40,454 nt of DNA from Eubacteriales bacterium (GCA_045651025.1 JAZRRU010000077.1:1-40454), one strand, 5' to 3'; shown: positions 29,001-37,533, numbered from the stretch's first letter. The notes: generated by a model from the sequence alone, not told the origin. Numbers and translations: made by a program.

Positions 29001-29722
29001 AGCGCGTCTTCGAAGGTAACGTTATCGATAACCGTCTGGAAGGTAGTGTGACGGCAATGGTCAGACCAATAAGTATCGATCATTCTGATTTCGGTGATCG
29101 TCGGGTCACGCTGTTCTTCGATGAAATACTTCTGGCAGAATGTGATATCGTCGATATCCATAGCAAGACCGAATTCTTTGATGAATGCTTCGAGACCTGC
29201 ATGATCGAGCTTGATGAATCCGTCAAGAGTGCGAACGGTCGTCGGGATTACGTACTCGGTAGCAAGCGTTTCGGGTTTTTCGAGAGTTGCCTCACGGGAT
29301 TCAACGGGGTTGATAACGTATTTTTTGATTGCGGCAACTTCCGCATCGGAAAGGTTTCCGTAAAGAGCGTAAACTCTTGCGGTTTTGATAACAGGACGGT
29401 CGCCCTGAGAGATTATCTGAATACACTGAGCCGCGGAGTCAGCGCGCTGATCGAACTGACCGGGGAGATATTCAACCGCAAAAACGACAGCGTCGGAAAT
29501 AAAGTCGATATCTTCCGAAACGATGTCAAGCTGGGGCTCGGAGAAAACCGTCTTTTTCGAATACTCGAAGAGTTCTTCCGAGATATTTTCCGCATCGTAG
29601 CGGTTAAAAAGGCGGACATCGGTCAAAGATTCGATTCCGAGAAGGGTACGCGCATCGGTAAGAAGCGATTTCGCTTCAAGCGCGAGTTCTTTTTTCTTTT
29701 CAACAAATACTCTGTATACCAT
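26030..29722 (-). CDS. purL: Phosphoribosylformylglycinamidine synthase, large single-chain type (PurL with fused glutaminase)
   Basis: WSDHCRH, ETHNHPT.IEPFGGAAT, DFGAGG and SESQERM; C-terminal GATase with GGFSGGD, GICNGFQ and MGHSER. Confidence 0.96.
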   Translation of the reverse strand: MVYRVFVEKKKELALEAKSLLTDARTLLGIESLTDVRLFNRYDAENISEELFEYSKKTVFSEPQLDIVSEDIDFISDAVVFAVEYLPGQFDQRADSAAQCIQIISQGDRPVIKTARVYALYGNLSDAEVAAIKKYVINPVESREATLEKPETLATEYVIPTTVRTLDGFIKLDHAGLEAFIKEFGLAMDIDDITFCQKYFIEEQRDPTITEIRMIDTYWSDHCRHTTFQTVIDNVTFEDALLKEAYDKYIETRKELGRTKPVCLMDIATLAVRYLKKNGKLDKLDESEEINACTVKLDIEVDGVTEPWLLLFKNETHNHPTEIEPFGGAATCIGGAIRDPLSGRSYVYGAMRVTGAADPLKPVSETIKGKLPQRKIVTTAAAGYSSYGNQIGLATGIVDEIYHPGYAAKRMEIGAVIAAAPAENVRRERPEAGDAIILLGGATGRDGCGGATGSSKSHTSKSLETCGAEVQKGNAPEERKLQRLFRNAEASRLIKRCNDFGAGGVSVAIGELADGLVIDLNAVPKKYEGLDGTELAISESQERMAVVVEAKDVERFLELAYTENLSAVQVATVQAEPRLVMNWNGNKIVDISREFLNSNGADKHIEIETALASISEKTVSGTFTENYKNLASDLNVCSKRGLSERFDSTIGAGTVLMPFGGKFQHTPIQAMVQKISVENKHTDNCSFMSWGYNPFITEQSPFHGAYLAVVESVAKLIATGAEFKDVYLTFQEYFERLGKDAKRWGKPMSALLGAFRAQMELGIGSIGGKDSMSGSFEDLDVPPTLVSFAVTAGKTDDVVSPEFKKAGNKVIMLSPEFGSDKLPKAESLIATFNKVTELLRSGKAVSCYTLGIGGVAEAVMKMCFGNMLGFTYSDELSLNELFGYNYGSFILEVTECVGCGKLIGEVTDNGIIAKGDEKICLNEILGVYEDKLESVYSCNIADSASDIPTFNYEAAERVSPRIKSAKPKVLIPAFPGTNCEFDSAKAVRDAGAEPEIIVINNLSASGIRESVERFANELRTAQMIFIPGGFSGGDEPDGSGKFITAFFRNAEIKDGVADLLENRDGLMCGICNGFQALIKLGLVPYGKIIDTDESCPTLTFNTISRHQSRIVRTRVASNKSPWLALTNVGDVYNVPISHGEGRFLASEELIKELAANGQIATQYVDLDGVASGDVHYNPNGSMCAIEGITSPDGRVFGKMGHSERIGSGLYKNVPGEYDIKMFEAAVRYFK

Positions 29723-30993
29723 TAGTTCACCTCCGGTGCTTTCAACGCACGGGCGCCGATATCGCGGCGAATGTAAGAATTTTCGAATTTTATAGTTTCA
29801 ACAAGCTTATAGGACGCATCGATCGCTTCGGGAAGCGTTTTTGCAACCGCAGTTACACCCAAAACTCTGCCGCCCGAGGTAACGAGTTCGCCGTTTTTGA
29901 GCGCACCGCCCGCAACGTAGACGTTATCGATCGTCTCGTCGGGAATCGAGATCGGGAAGCCCTTTCCGTAGCTTTCGGGGTAACCCTTCGAAGCCATGAT
30001 TACACAGCAAGCGTTTTCGTTGCTGAATTCAACCTCGGTTTCGGAAAGCGTTTCGTTCGTTACTGCCTGCATAACGGTCAAAAGGTCAGACTTCAAAAGC
30101 GGGAGAACAACCTGAGTTTCGGGGTCGCCGAAACGGCAGTTATACTCGATAACCTTCGGTCCGTCTTTTGTGAGCATAAGTCCGAAGTACAAGCATCCTT
30201 TGAAGGGACGGCCCTCGGAGTTCATTGCGTTCACGGTCGGAAGGAAGATTTTCTCCATACATTCAGCCGCAACGGAAGAAGTGTAATAAGGGTTGGGGGC
30301 GATCGTGCCCATACCGCCGGTATTCAAGCCGGTGTCGCCGTCGCCGATACGCTTGTGGTCCATAGATGAGATCATCGGAACGACAGTCTTTCCGTCGGTA
30401 AAGGAGAGAACCGAAACCTCGGGTCCCTCGAGGAATTCCTCGATAACGATTCTATCACCGCTCTTGCCAAACGCTTTGTCGCACATCATCGATTTTACTG
30501 CGTCGACAGCTTCTTCACGGGTGAAGGCGATGATTACGCCTTTGCCGAGCGCGAGACCGTCGGCTTTGATGACCGTGGGGATCGGAGCGGTTGCAACGTA
30601 TTCGAGCGCTGCATCGACGTTATCAAAAACCTCGCAAGCCGCGGTGGGAATGCCGTATTTTTTCATCAATTCTTTCGAAAAGACTTTGCTTCCTTCGATT
30701 ATTGCCGCGTTTGCGCGGGGACCGAAGCAAGGAATACCCTTCGCTTCAAGAGCGTCAACGCAACCGAGCACAAGCGGATCGCCGGGAGCGACGATCGCAT
30801 AGTCAATTTTATTTTCAACGGCAAAAGCGGTTATTGCGTCGATATCCTTTGCGCCGATATCAACACACTCTGCGTCACGTGCGATGCCGCCGTTGCCGGG
30901 AAGTGCATATATTTTTTCTACATCGGGGTTTTCTTTTATTTTTTTGATGATGGCGTGTTCTCTGCCGCCGCCACCGACAACAAGTATTTTCAT
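29722..30993 (-). CDS. purD: Phosphoribosylamine--glycine ligase
   Basis: GGGGREHA, EGSK, KADGLALGKGV, DHKR..DGD.G.NTGGMG, EYNCRFGDPE and TSGGRVL. Confidence 0.97.
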   Translation of the reverse strand: MKILVVGGGGREHAIIKKIKENPDVEKIYALPGNGGIARDAECVDIGAKDIDAITAFAVENKIDYAIVAPGDPLVLGCVDALEAKGIPCFGPRANAAIIEGSKVFSKELMKKYGIPTAACEVFDNVDAALEYVATAPIPTVIKADGLALGKGVIIAFTREEAVDAVKSMMCDKAFGKSGDRIVIEEFLEGPEVSVLSFTDGKTVVPMISSMDHKRIGDGDTGLNTGGMGTIAPNPYYTSSVAAECMEKIFLPTVNAMNSEGRPFKGCLYFGLMLTKDGPKVIEYNCRFGDPETQVVLPLLKSDLLTVMQAVTNETLSETEVEFSNENACCVIMASKGYPESYGKGFPISIPDETIDNVYVAGGALKNGELVTSGGRVLGVTAVAKTLPEAIDASYKLVETIKFENSYIRRDIGARALKAPEVN

Positions 30994-31006
30994 TTTACCT
31001 CCGAAA

Positions 31007-32191
31007 TTAATGGTGGAACAGACGCATTCCTGTGAACACCATCGTCATGTTGTATTTGTTACAGCAATCGATAACCGCATCGTCACGGATCGATCCGCCC
31101 GGCTCAGCGATATATTTTACACCGCTCTTGTGAGCGCGTTCGATGTTATCAAAGAACGGGAAGAACGCATCCGAGCCGAGAGCAACGTTATCGACAGAAT
31201 CGAGATATTCTCTGATTTCTTTGTCGGTAAGGGGTTCGGGCTTTTCGGTGAAATACTTTTCCCAGATACCGTCAGCGCAAACGTATTCTTCGTTCTTGTT
31301 GATATAACCGTCGATGACGTTATCTCTATCGGGTCTGCCGATATCGGAGCGAAAAGGAAGGTTCAACACTTTTTCGTGCTGACGCAAGAACCAAGTATCC
31401 GCCTTCGTACCTGCCAAGCGGGTGCAATGGATACGGGACTGCTGGCCTGCACCGACACCGATTGCCTGACCGTCAACGGCATAGCAGACCGAGTTCGACT
31501 GAGTATATTTGAGAGTGATAAGTGCAATTACAAGGTCACGGATCGCACTTTCGGGAAGGTCTTTGTTTTCGGTGACGATGTTCGAGAGAAGCTCTTTGTT
31601 GATAACAAAGTTATTTCTTCCCTGCTCGAACGTAATGCCAAATACCTGCTTGCGTTCTGCCTCGGCAGGAACGTAGTTCTCGTCGATCTTAACGACGTTG
31701 TAAGTACCTTTGCGTTTTGCTTTCAAAATTTCAAGTGCTTCGGGTTCATAACCGGGGGCGATGATACCGTCGGAAACTTCACGAGCAATCATTTTTGCGG
31801 TCGTGACGTCGCAAACGTCGGAAAGAGCAACCCAGTCGCCAAAGGAGCACATTGTGTCAGTACCTCTTGCGCGAGCGTAAGCGCAAGCCAAGGGAGAATC
31901 GTCAAGTCCTTCGATATCGTCAACGAAGCATGCTTTTTTGAGCTTTGCGGAAAGAGGAACGCCGACAGCAGCGGAGGTCGGGCTAACGTGCTTGAAGGAG
32001 GTTACGGCAGGAAGGCCGAGAGCTTCTTTGAGTTCTTTTACGAGCTGCCAAGAGTTGAACGCATCGAGGAAGTTGATATAACCGGGTCTGCCGTTGAGAA
32101 TCTCGATCGGGAGATCGCTTCCGTCGTGCATATATATCTTCGAGGGTTTCTGGTTGGGGTTACAACCGTATTTAAGTTCAAATTCTTTCAT
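31007..32191 (-). CDS. purH: AICAR transformylase, monofunctional (transformylase domain of PurH only)
   Basis: LKYGCNPNQ, N.LD, FKHVSP, SNSV, GAGQQSR, SDAFFPF, PGGSIRD and R.FHH; 394 aa with no N-terminal IMP cyclohydrolase domain. Confidence 0.92.
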   Translation of the reverse strand: MKEFELKYGCNPNQKPSKIYMHDGSDLPIEILNGRPGYINFLDAFNSWQLVKELKEALGLPAVTSFKHVSPTSAAVGVPLSAKLKKACFVDDIEGLDDSPLACAYARARGTDTMCSFGDWVALSDVCDVTTAKMIAREVSDGIIAPGYEPEALEILKAKRKGTYNVVKIDENYVPAEAERKQVFGITFEQGRNNFVINKELLSNIVTENKDLPESAIRDLVIALITLKYTQSNSVCYAVDGQAIGVGAGQQSRIHCTRLAGTKADTWFLRQHEKVLNLPFRSDIGRPDRDNVIDGYINKNEEYVCADGIWEKYFTEKPEPLTDKEIREYLDSVDNVALGSDAFFPFFDNIERAHKSGVKYIAEPGGSIRDDAVIDCCNKYNMTMVFTGMRLFHH

Positions 32192-32202
32192 TTTTGTTCC
32201 TC

Positions 32203-32919
32203 TTAGTTATTCTTGTTGATGATGATATCGGTGGGGTTGCTTCCGTCAAGCGGTACAGCGCGGACGAAGAGAGAAACTTTGTTATCTTCGTTGAGGTTCG
32301 ACCATACGAGATCCGCCAATTCCTCTGCTGTGTTCGGGAGAGTTACTTCCTCGGGCTCGCCATAGAAGGACGGAATCGGGTTGCCGTCGCATTTGTAGGT
32401 ATGAATGAAATGGCCGATACCGTTTTCGGGGAGATAGTTATAGAAGAAGCGATTGCAAACGTCAGGTCTGCCGTTTGCGCTCTTCAGGATAGAAAGCTTG
32501 TAGGAGAAGTTATTTTCGGTGAAATTATAGTTTACGATACCCGAAATTCTGGGGGTGAAGTTGGGAGCATCGGGCTCAAACTCGCGGGTATAAAGCGCGT
32601 CCTCAAATCCCTTTCCGTCAACGAGAAAATCATAAACGGTGTTCGTCTGGTCGCCGTTCGTGATGATATCGCTGTTACCGAATTTGAGATAAGGGTTGTA
32701 AATGATCAAGCTCGGATCCTCGAGCTTCGATTCGTCAAACGCTTTCGTACGCATACCGCCGTCGAAGCTTTCGAAGATGCGGTTGCGGGAGTTTGCGCTT
32801 CTGCCCATAATGAAATATGCGATCATCGCATTTTTACCGTCAGCAGATTTACCGATAACGATACCTCTGCCGGGGTAGGAATTTTCACTTAAAAGTGTTT
32901 TGAGATCGTACAATGCCAT
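32203..32919 (-). CDS. Stand-alone IMP cyclohydrolase-like protein (PurO-like)
   Basis: YPGRGI, YFIMGRSxNSRNR, LIIY, TNGDQT, EPD.PNFTPRISG and IHTY motifs; adjacent to the monofunctional transformylase. Alternative GTG start at 32928. Confidence 0.85.
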   Translation of the reverse strand: MALYDLKTLLSENSYPGRGIVIGKSADGKNAMIAYFIMGRSANSRNRIFESFDGGMRTKAFDESKLEDPSLIIYNPYLKFGNSDIITNGDQTNTVYDFLVDGKGFEDALYTREFEPDAPNFTPRISGIVNYNFTENNFSYKLSILKSANGRPDVCNRFFYNYLPENGIGHFIHTYKCDGNPIPSFYGEPEEVTLPNTAEELADLVWSNLNEDNKVSLFVRAVPLDGSNPTDIIINKNN

Positions 32920-32931
32920 AATTTCCACCTA

Positions 32932-33546
32932 TTATCTTTCTTTTTTCAGGGTATAACAAACTTTTTCGACAGCGGAAGGAAGAATCTTCCATTCTGCCTG
33001 CTCCATAACTCTTTTCTGGAGCGTTTCGGGGGTATCGTTCTTTCGGATAGCGACGGCTTTCTGCATAATTATTTCGCCGCCGTCGGGAATCTCGTTCACG
33101 AAATGGACCGTTGCGCCCGTAACCTTAACGCCATATTCAAGCGCGGCTTCGTGAACGCGGAGTCCGTAAAAGCCCTTTCCGCAGAAGGACGGAATCAAGG
33201 ACGGATGAACGTTGATGATACGCTTCGGGTAGGATTTCGTGAAATCCTCACTCAAAATGGACATAAAGCCCGCAAGAACGATGATATCGATTTCGTTTTC
33301 GGAAAGCAGTGATTTGATTCTCGCTTCAAACGCTTCCGCGCTTCCCAATTCTTTTTTCAAGACGGTCTCGGTTTTTATGCCTGCATTTTCGGCACGCTTC
33401 AACGCGAACGCGTCTTTGTTGTTCGAAATGACAAGTTTTATCGCGCCGTTTTTTATGATTCCGCTTTTGCAAGCGTCAATAAGCGCCTGAAGGTTAGTTC
33501 CGCCGCCCGAAACGAGCACGGCAATCTTTATCTTTGAATCGGACAT
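32932..33546 (-). CDS. purN: Phosphoribosylglycinamide formyltransferase
   Basis: SGGGTNLQA, LAGFM, INVHPSL, TGATVHFV and DGGEII.Q. Confidence 0.96.
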   Translation of the reverse strand: MSDSKIKIAVLVSGGGTNLQALIDACKSGIIKNGAIKLVISNNKDAFALKRAENAGIKTETVLKKELGSAEAFEARIKSLLSENEIDIIVLAGFMSILSEDFTKSYPKRIINVHPSLIPSFCGKGFYGLRVHEAALEYGVKVTGATVHFVNEIPDGGEIIMQKAVAIRKNDTPETLQKRVMEQAEWKILPSAVEKVCYTLKKER

Positions 33547-33575
33547 TACTGCTTCCCTTTCGATTTTATTTGATA

Positions 33576-34625
33576 TTAAACAATAGCAATCTTCTCGTCG
33601 GATTTAACGATCTCGCCGATTACGTAAGCGTCGATATCGTTATCCTTGAGAACAGAAATCGCTTTTTCAACGTCAGACGCAGGAACGACGATGCTCATAC
33701 CAACGCCCATGTTGAAGGTGTTATACATATCGCGCTCGCTGATGTTGCCCGTCTTTGCGATGAGGTCAAAGATAGGAAGAACACGAACGGAAGATTTTTC
33801 GATCTTTGCGCCCAAGCCGTCGGGAATACTTCTCGGGATGTTTTCGTAGAAGCCGCCGCCGGTGATGTGGGAAATACCCTTTACGTCAACCTGCTCGAGG
33901 AGAGCGAGAACGGGTTTTACGTAAATCTTCGTGGGAACGAGGAGGGTTTCGGCAATCGTTTTTCCGCCGAGGTCCGCGTTGGGCTTGTAAAGCTCGGGAT
34001 TGTTGTTATCGATATCGAAAACCTTACGGCAGAGAGAGAATCCGTTCGAATGGATACCGGTCGAAGGAAGTGCGATCACAACGTCGCCCTCAGCCATTCT
34101 CTTGTTATCGATGATCTTCTTCTTGTCAACAACGCCAACGGTAAAGCCGGCAAGGTCATATTCCTCAGCAGGCATCATACCGGGATGTCCAGCGGTTTCA
34201 CCGCCGATGAGTGCCGCGCCCGACTGAACGCAACCCTCTGCAACACCTGCAACAAGCTCGGCAATCTTTTCGGGATAGTTCTTACCGCACGCGATGTAGT
34301 CGAGGAAGAAAAGCGGTTTTGCGCCGACGCACACAACGTCGTTAACGCACATTGCAACGCAGTCGATACCGATAGTATCGTGCTTGTCCATAAGGATAGC
34401 GAGCTTGAGCTTCGTGCCGACACCGTCGGTACCCGAAACGAGAACGGGCTCTTCCATGCCCGCGATATTCAAACCGAAGCATCCGCCGAAGCCGCCAACG
34501 TCGTCGAGGCATCCTTCGTTACGGGTGCGTGCGATATGTTTTTTCATAAGTTCGACAGCTTTGTAGCCCGCGGTGATATCAACGCCTGCTGCTGCGTAGC
34601 TCTCGGATCTTGATTCGTTATGCAT
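33576..34625 (-). CDS. purM: Phosphoribosylaminoimidazole (AIR) synthetase
   Basis: Y..AGVD, GGFGG, TDGVGTK, AMCVND, GGETA, HSNGFSL, HITGGG and TFNMGVG. Confidence 0.96.
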   Translation of the reverse strand: MHNESRSESYAAAGVDITAGYKAVELMKKHIARTRNEGCLDDVGGFGGCFGLNIAGMEEPVLVSGTDGVGTKLKLAILMDKHDTIGIDCVAMCVNDVVCVGAKPLFFLDYIACGKNYPEKIAELVAGVAEGCVQSGAALIGGETAGHPGMMPAEEYDLAGFTVGVVDKKKIIDNKRMAEGDVVIALPSTGIHSNGFSLCRKVFDIDNNNPELYKPNADLGGKTIAETLLVPTKIYVKPVLALLEQVDVKGISHITGGGFYENIPRSIPDGLGAKIEKSSVRVLPIFDLIAKTGNISERDMYNTFNMGVGMSIVVPASDVEKAISVLKDNDIDAYVIGEIVKSDEKIAIV

Positions 34626-34631
34626 AATTAA

Positions 34632-36056
34632 TTATTCCTTTCCGTTCCAGCAATAGGTACAGAGCTTTGATTCGTCAAGTCCTATTGCTTTTATTATTCC
34701 TTCGAGGGACTGAAATTCGATCGATGCAAAGCCGAGTTTATCGGAGATGAGTTTTCTGAATTGCTTTCCGCGCTCGGTATTTGAATCGCTGTATTCCTCG
34801 ATATGGTTAAAGCCCTCTTCGCCTTCGAGTTCCATGATGATACGTCTGCCGAGAAGTTCCATATCGTTTTTGTTACGGGAGAAGTTCAAAAATTTGCAAC
34901 CGTACATTATCGGCGGGCACGCGGAACGCATGTGTACCGATTTTGCACCGTTTGCGTAAAGGAAATCAACGGTTTCCTTCAACTGGGTTCCGCGAACGAT
35001 CGAGTCGTCCACGAAGAGAAGATTTTTGTCGGTTATAAGATCGTGAATCGGAATCTGCTTCATCTTTGCGACCTTGCAACGCTCGGTCTGGCGCGAGGTC
35101 ATGAAGCTTCTCGTCCACGTGGGCGTATATTTGATGAACGGACGCGCAAACGGGATACGGCTCTTGTTCGCATAGCCGATCGCGTGAGGTGTACCCGAGT
35201 CGGGAACGCCGCCGACGTAATCGATATTCAAATCCTTACCGGACGCGATATCATTTTCCGCCATTATCTCGCCGTTGCGGTAACGCATCATCTCCACGTT
35301 CACACCCTCGTATTCCGAGGTTGAATAGCCGTAATACGACCAAAGGAACGCACAGATTTTCATTTCTTTTCCGGGAGAAGCAAGCTGAGTCACACCGTCA
35401 CAGTTCACTTCGACTATCTCGCCCGGTCCGAGCTCACGTTCGGTATCGTAGCCGAGCTTTTCATAAGCGAAGGATTCAAAGGAAACGCTGTAGCCGTCGT
35501 CACTCTTACCGATGCTAACAGGGATACGTCCCATCTTGTCACGCGCGACGATAAGCGAACCGCCGTCACGGAGAACAAGGATCGATGCAGAGCCAACGAT
35601 AAGATCCTGTGCGTAACGGATACCCTCAACGAAATCATTTTTTTGATTTATGAGTGCGGCAATAATTTCGGTATTATTGACCGCGCCGCCCGTCATCGCG
35701 TCGAAATGAATATTTCCGCTTTCGAGAATCTTCTCGATGAGCTCGTCGGTGTTATTTATCGCACCAACGAAGCACAGCGCGTAGGTTCCCAAGCGGGAGC
35801 GGATAAGAAGCGGCTGAGGCTCGGCATCGCTGATACATCCGATCGCCGAATTGCCTTTCATATCGCCCAAAATATGATCGAATTTTGTTCTGAACGGTGT
35901 GTTTTCTATGTTATGGATAACACGCTGGAGACCGATTTCGCCATCGAACGCCGCCACGCCCGCACGGCGGGTGCCGAGGTGGGAATGGTAGTCAACGCCG
36001 AAGAATACGTCAGCCAAGCAGTCGTGTTTTGAGACTACGCCGAAGAATGCGCCCAT
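34632..36056 (-). CDS. purF: Amidophosphoribosyltransferase, variant lacking the N-terminal catalytic Cys
   Basis: VPDSG, PRPP motif VDDSIVRGT, and Fe-S-type cysteines (C.F...YY, YGC, CTYC); N-terminus is MGAFFG. Confidence 0.92.
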   Translation of the reverse strand: MGAFFGVVSKHDCLADVFFGVDYHSHLGTRRAGVAAFDGEIGLQRVIHNIENTPFRTKFDHILGDMKGNSAIGCISDAEPQPLLIRSRLGTYALCFVGAINNTDELIEKILESGNIHFDAMTGGAVNNTEIIAALINQKNDFVEGIRYAQDLIVGSASILVLRDGGSLIVARDKMGRIPVSIGKSDDGYSVSFESFAYEKLGYDTERELGPGEIVEVNCDGVTQLASPGKEMKICAFLWSYYGYSTSEYEGVNVEMMRYRNGEIMAENDIASGKDLNIDYVGGVPDSGTPHAIGYANKSRIPFARPFIKYTPTWTRSFMTSRQTERCKVAKMKQIPIHDLITDKNLLFVDDSIVRGTQLKETVDFLYANGAKSVHMRSACPPIMYGCKFLNFSRNKNDMELLGRRIIMELEGEEGFNHIEEYSDSNTERGKQFRKLISDKLGFASIEFQSLEGIIKAIGLDESKLCTYCWNGKE

Positions 36057-36096
36057 TTTTTAACCTTGCTTTCTGTTTCTATTTAGGTTGATATTT

Positions 36097-36777
36097 TTAT
36101 GCGAAGAAGAGCTCCGAGAGAGTCATCGGGTCGATATATTCGCCGTTTTTGTAAACACGCATATTGCCCGAAGCGATTTCGTCGATGAGCATTACGTTGC
36201 CGTCAGCATCATAGCCGAACTCGAACTTGATATCGTAAAGAACGAGGCCCTTTTCGAGAAGGTCGTCAGCAACGATCTTCGTGATCTTCTGAGTCATTTC
36301 TTTGATGTCATCATACTGAGAAGCGGTCATAACGCCGAGATCAACGAGACCGTCTTTCGTAACGAGGGGGTCGCCCTTTTCGTCGTTCTTGAAGGTCGTT
36401 TCAACGTAAGCGGGAAGGTCAGCGCCTTCTTCGATATAATCGCTGTAACGGCGGTAGAAGCTACCGACAGCTTTGTGACGGCAGATAACTTCAAGTCCTT
36501 TGCCGAACGCTTTTGCGGGAAGAACTTCCATGGTGGTGTTTTCGAGGTCTGCGCTGATGTAATGAGTCTTGATGCCTGCTGCGTTGACTTTTTCGAAGAA
36601 ATAGATCGACATACGGAGGTTTACGTCACCAACGCCGTCAATAGTGAGTCCGACAGAGTTTTCACCCGGATCGAACACACCGTCTTTTCCGGTGCAGTCA
36701 TCTTTGAATTTCAAAAGGTAGTTGCCGTTGTCGAGAGCGAATACATCTTTGGTTTTTCCGGTATAAACGTGTTTCAT
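36097..36777 (-). CDS. purC: SAICAR synthetase
   Basis: GKTKDV, FKDD.T, THY, EVICR...GSF, K....GDP, DIKFEFG and DEI...NMR. Confidence 0.93.
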   Translation of the reverse strand: MKHVYTGKTKDVFALDNGNYLLKFKDDCTGKDGVFDPGENSVGLTIDGVGDVNLRMSIYFFEKVNAAGIKTHYISADLENTTMEVLPAKAFGKGLEVICRHKAVGSFYRRYSDYIEEGADLPAYVETTFKNDEKGDPLVTKDGLVDLGVMTASQYDDIKEMTQKITKIVADDLLEKGLVLYDIKFEFGYDADGNVMLIDEIASGNMRVYKNGEYIDPMTLSELFFA

Positions 36778-36813
36778 TTTTGATTCTCCTGATTTATGTT
36801 GAATTTTTTATTT

Positions 36814-37302
36814 TTAAAGTTTTTCGAGAATAGCCGCGTCTTTTTCAAGAACCGCGTTTGCGTCGGAGATGCGTTTTGCGTCGAGCTTTTCGGCAAGTTC
36901 TTTGTCCTCAACCGCCAAAATCTGAGCCGCAAGGAGAGCCGCGTTTGCACCGCCGTTTATTGCAACGGTAGCAACGGGGATACCCGTCGGCATCTGAACG
37001 GTCGCAAGCAATGCATCCATTCCGTCGAGAACAGGACCCTTGCAGGGCAAGCCGATAACGGGGAGAGTTGTGTTCGCCGCAACAGCGCCCGCGAGGTGAG
37101 CCGCCATACCTGCCGCCGCGATAATAACGCCGAAGCCGTTCTTGCGTGCATTCACAGAGAAGTCGCGCGCCTGCTCGGGCGTTCTGTGAGCAGAGTAAAC
37201 GTGAACCTCAAAGGGGATATCGAACGATTTGAGCATATCCGTAGCTTTTTTGATGATAGGAAGGTCGCTGTCGCTTCCCATAACTATTCCGACTTTTTTC
37301 AT
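36814..37302 (-). CDS. purE: PurE (class I-like N5-CAIR mutase)
   Basis: IVMGSDSD, SAHRTP, AGMAAHLAG, PVIG and QMPTGIPVATV; ATG 37302 with an AGGAG RBS (the 37353 start of the ORF track lies inside the leader terminator). Confidence 0.95.
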   Translation of the reverse strand: MKKVGIVMGSDSDLPIIKKATDMLKSFDIPFEVHVYSAHRTPEQARDFSVNARKNGFGVIIAAAGMAAHLAGAVAANTTLPVIGLPCKGPVLDGMDALLATVQMPTGIPVATVAINGGANAALLAAQILAVEDKELAEKLDAKRISDANAVLEKDAAILEKL

Positions 37303-37341
37303 GGTTTTTACTCCTGTTGATGATATTTCGGATGAAAATAT

Positions 37342-37375
37342 AAAAGGGCGCACTTACTTAACAGCAAATGCGCCC
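37342..37375 (-). terminator. Riboswitch expression-platform terminator
   Basis: Minus strand gggcgcatttgc-tgttaa-gtaagtgcgccc-TTTT; its 5' arm overlaps the GGGC end of aptamer P3. Confidence 0.85.
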
Positions 37376-37490
37376 AGACGGTCGGCTTTTATACTCAGAA
37401 AAGTGAATTTTCCGAGGCCCTACAACCACGCAGGGCGAGTTCTTTGTTCCTCTGTGGTGCTCCACAAAATTCCGTCAGTCGCAAAGAACC
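37372..37490 (-). ncRNA. ZMP/ZTP (pfl-class) riboswitch aptamer
   Basis: P1 ggttctttg/caaagaact, J1/2 CGACTGACGGA, P2 tgtgg-agca-ccaca, and 3' AAAAGCCGACCGTCTGGGC (P3). The pseudoknot GACGG/CCGTC is complementary. Lies upstream of purine and fhs genes. Confidence 0.92.
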
Positions 37491-37504
37491 TTATTGACTT
37501 TTTA

Positions 37505-37533
37505 AGTATATCACAACACGGATTTTGTGTCAA
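37505..37533 (-). promoter_or_regulatory. Sigma-A promoter of the pur operon leader
   Basis: TTGACA-17 nt-TATACT with an extended -10 TG, 15 nt upstream of the aptamer. Confidence 0.85.

Noticed and set aside
24923-32892. Long plus-strand ORFs opposite fhs, purL, purH and the cyclohydrolase gene
   Set aside because: Antisense mirrors of conserved genes with no independent coding evidence.
37417-37426. gccctacaac shared between the riboswitch linker and repeat copy 1 (1590-1599)
   Set aside because: Only a 10-nt match and the other repeat hairpins are absent; compatible with chance in 40 kb.
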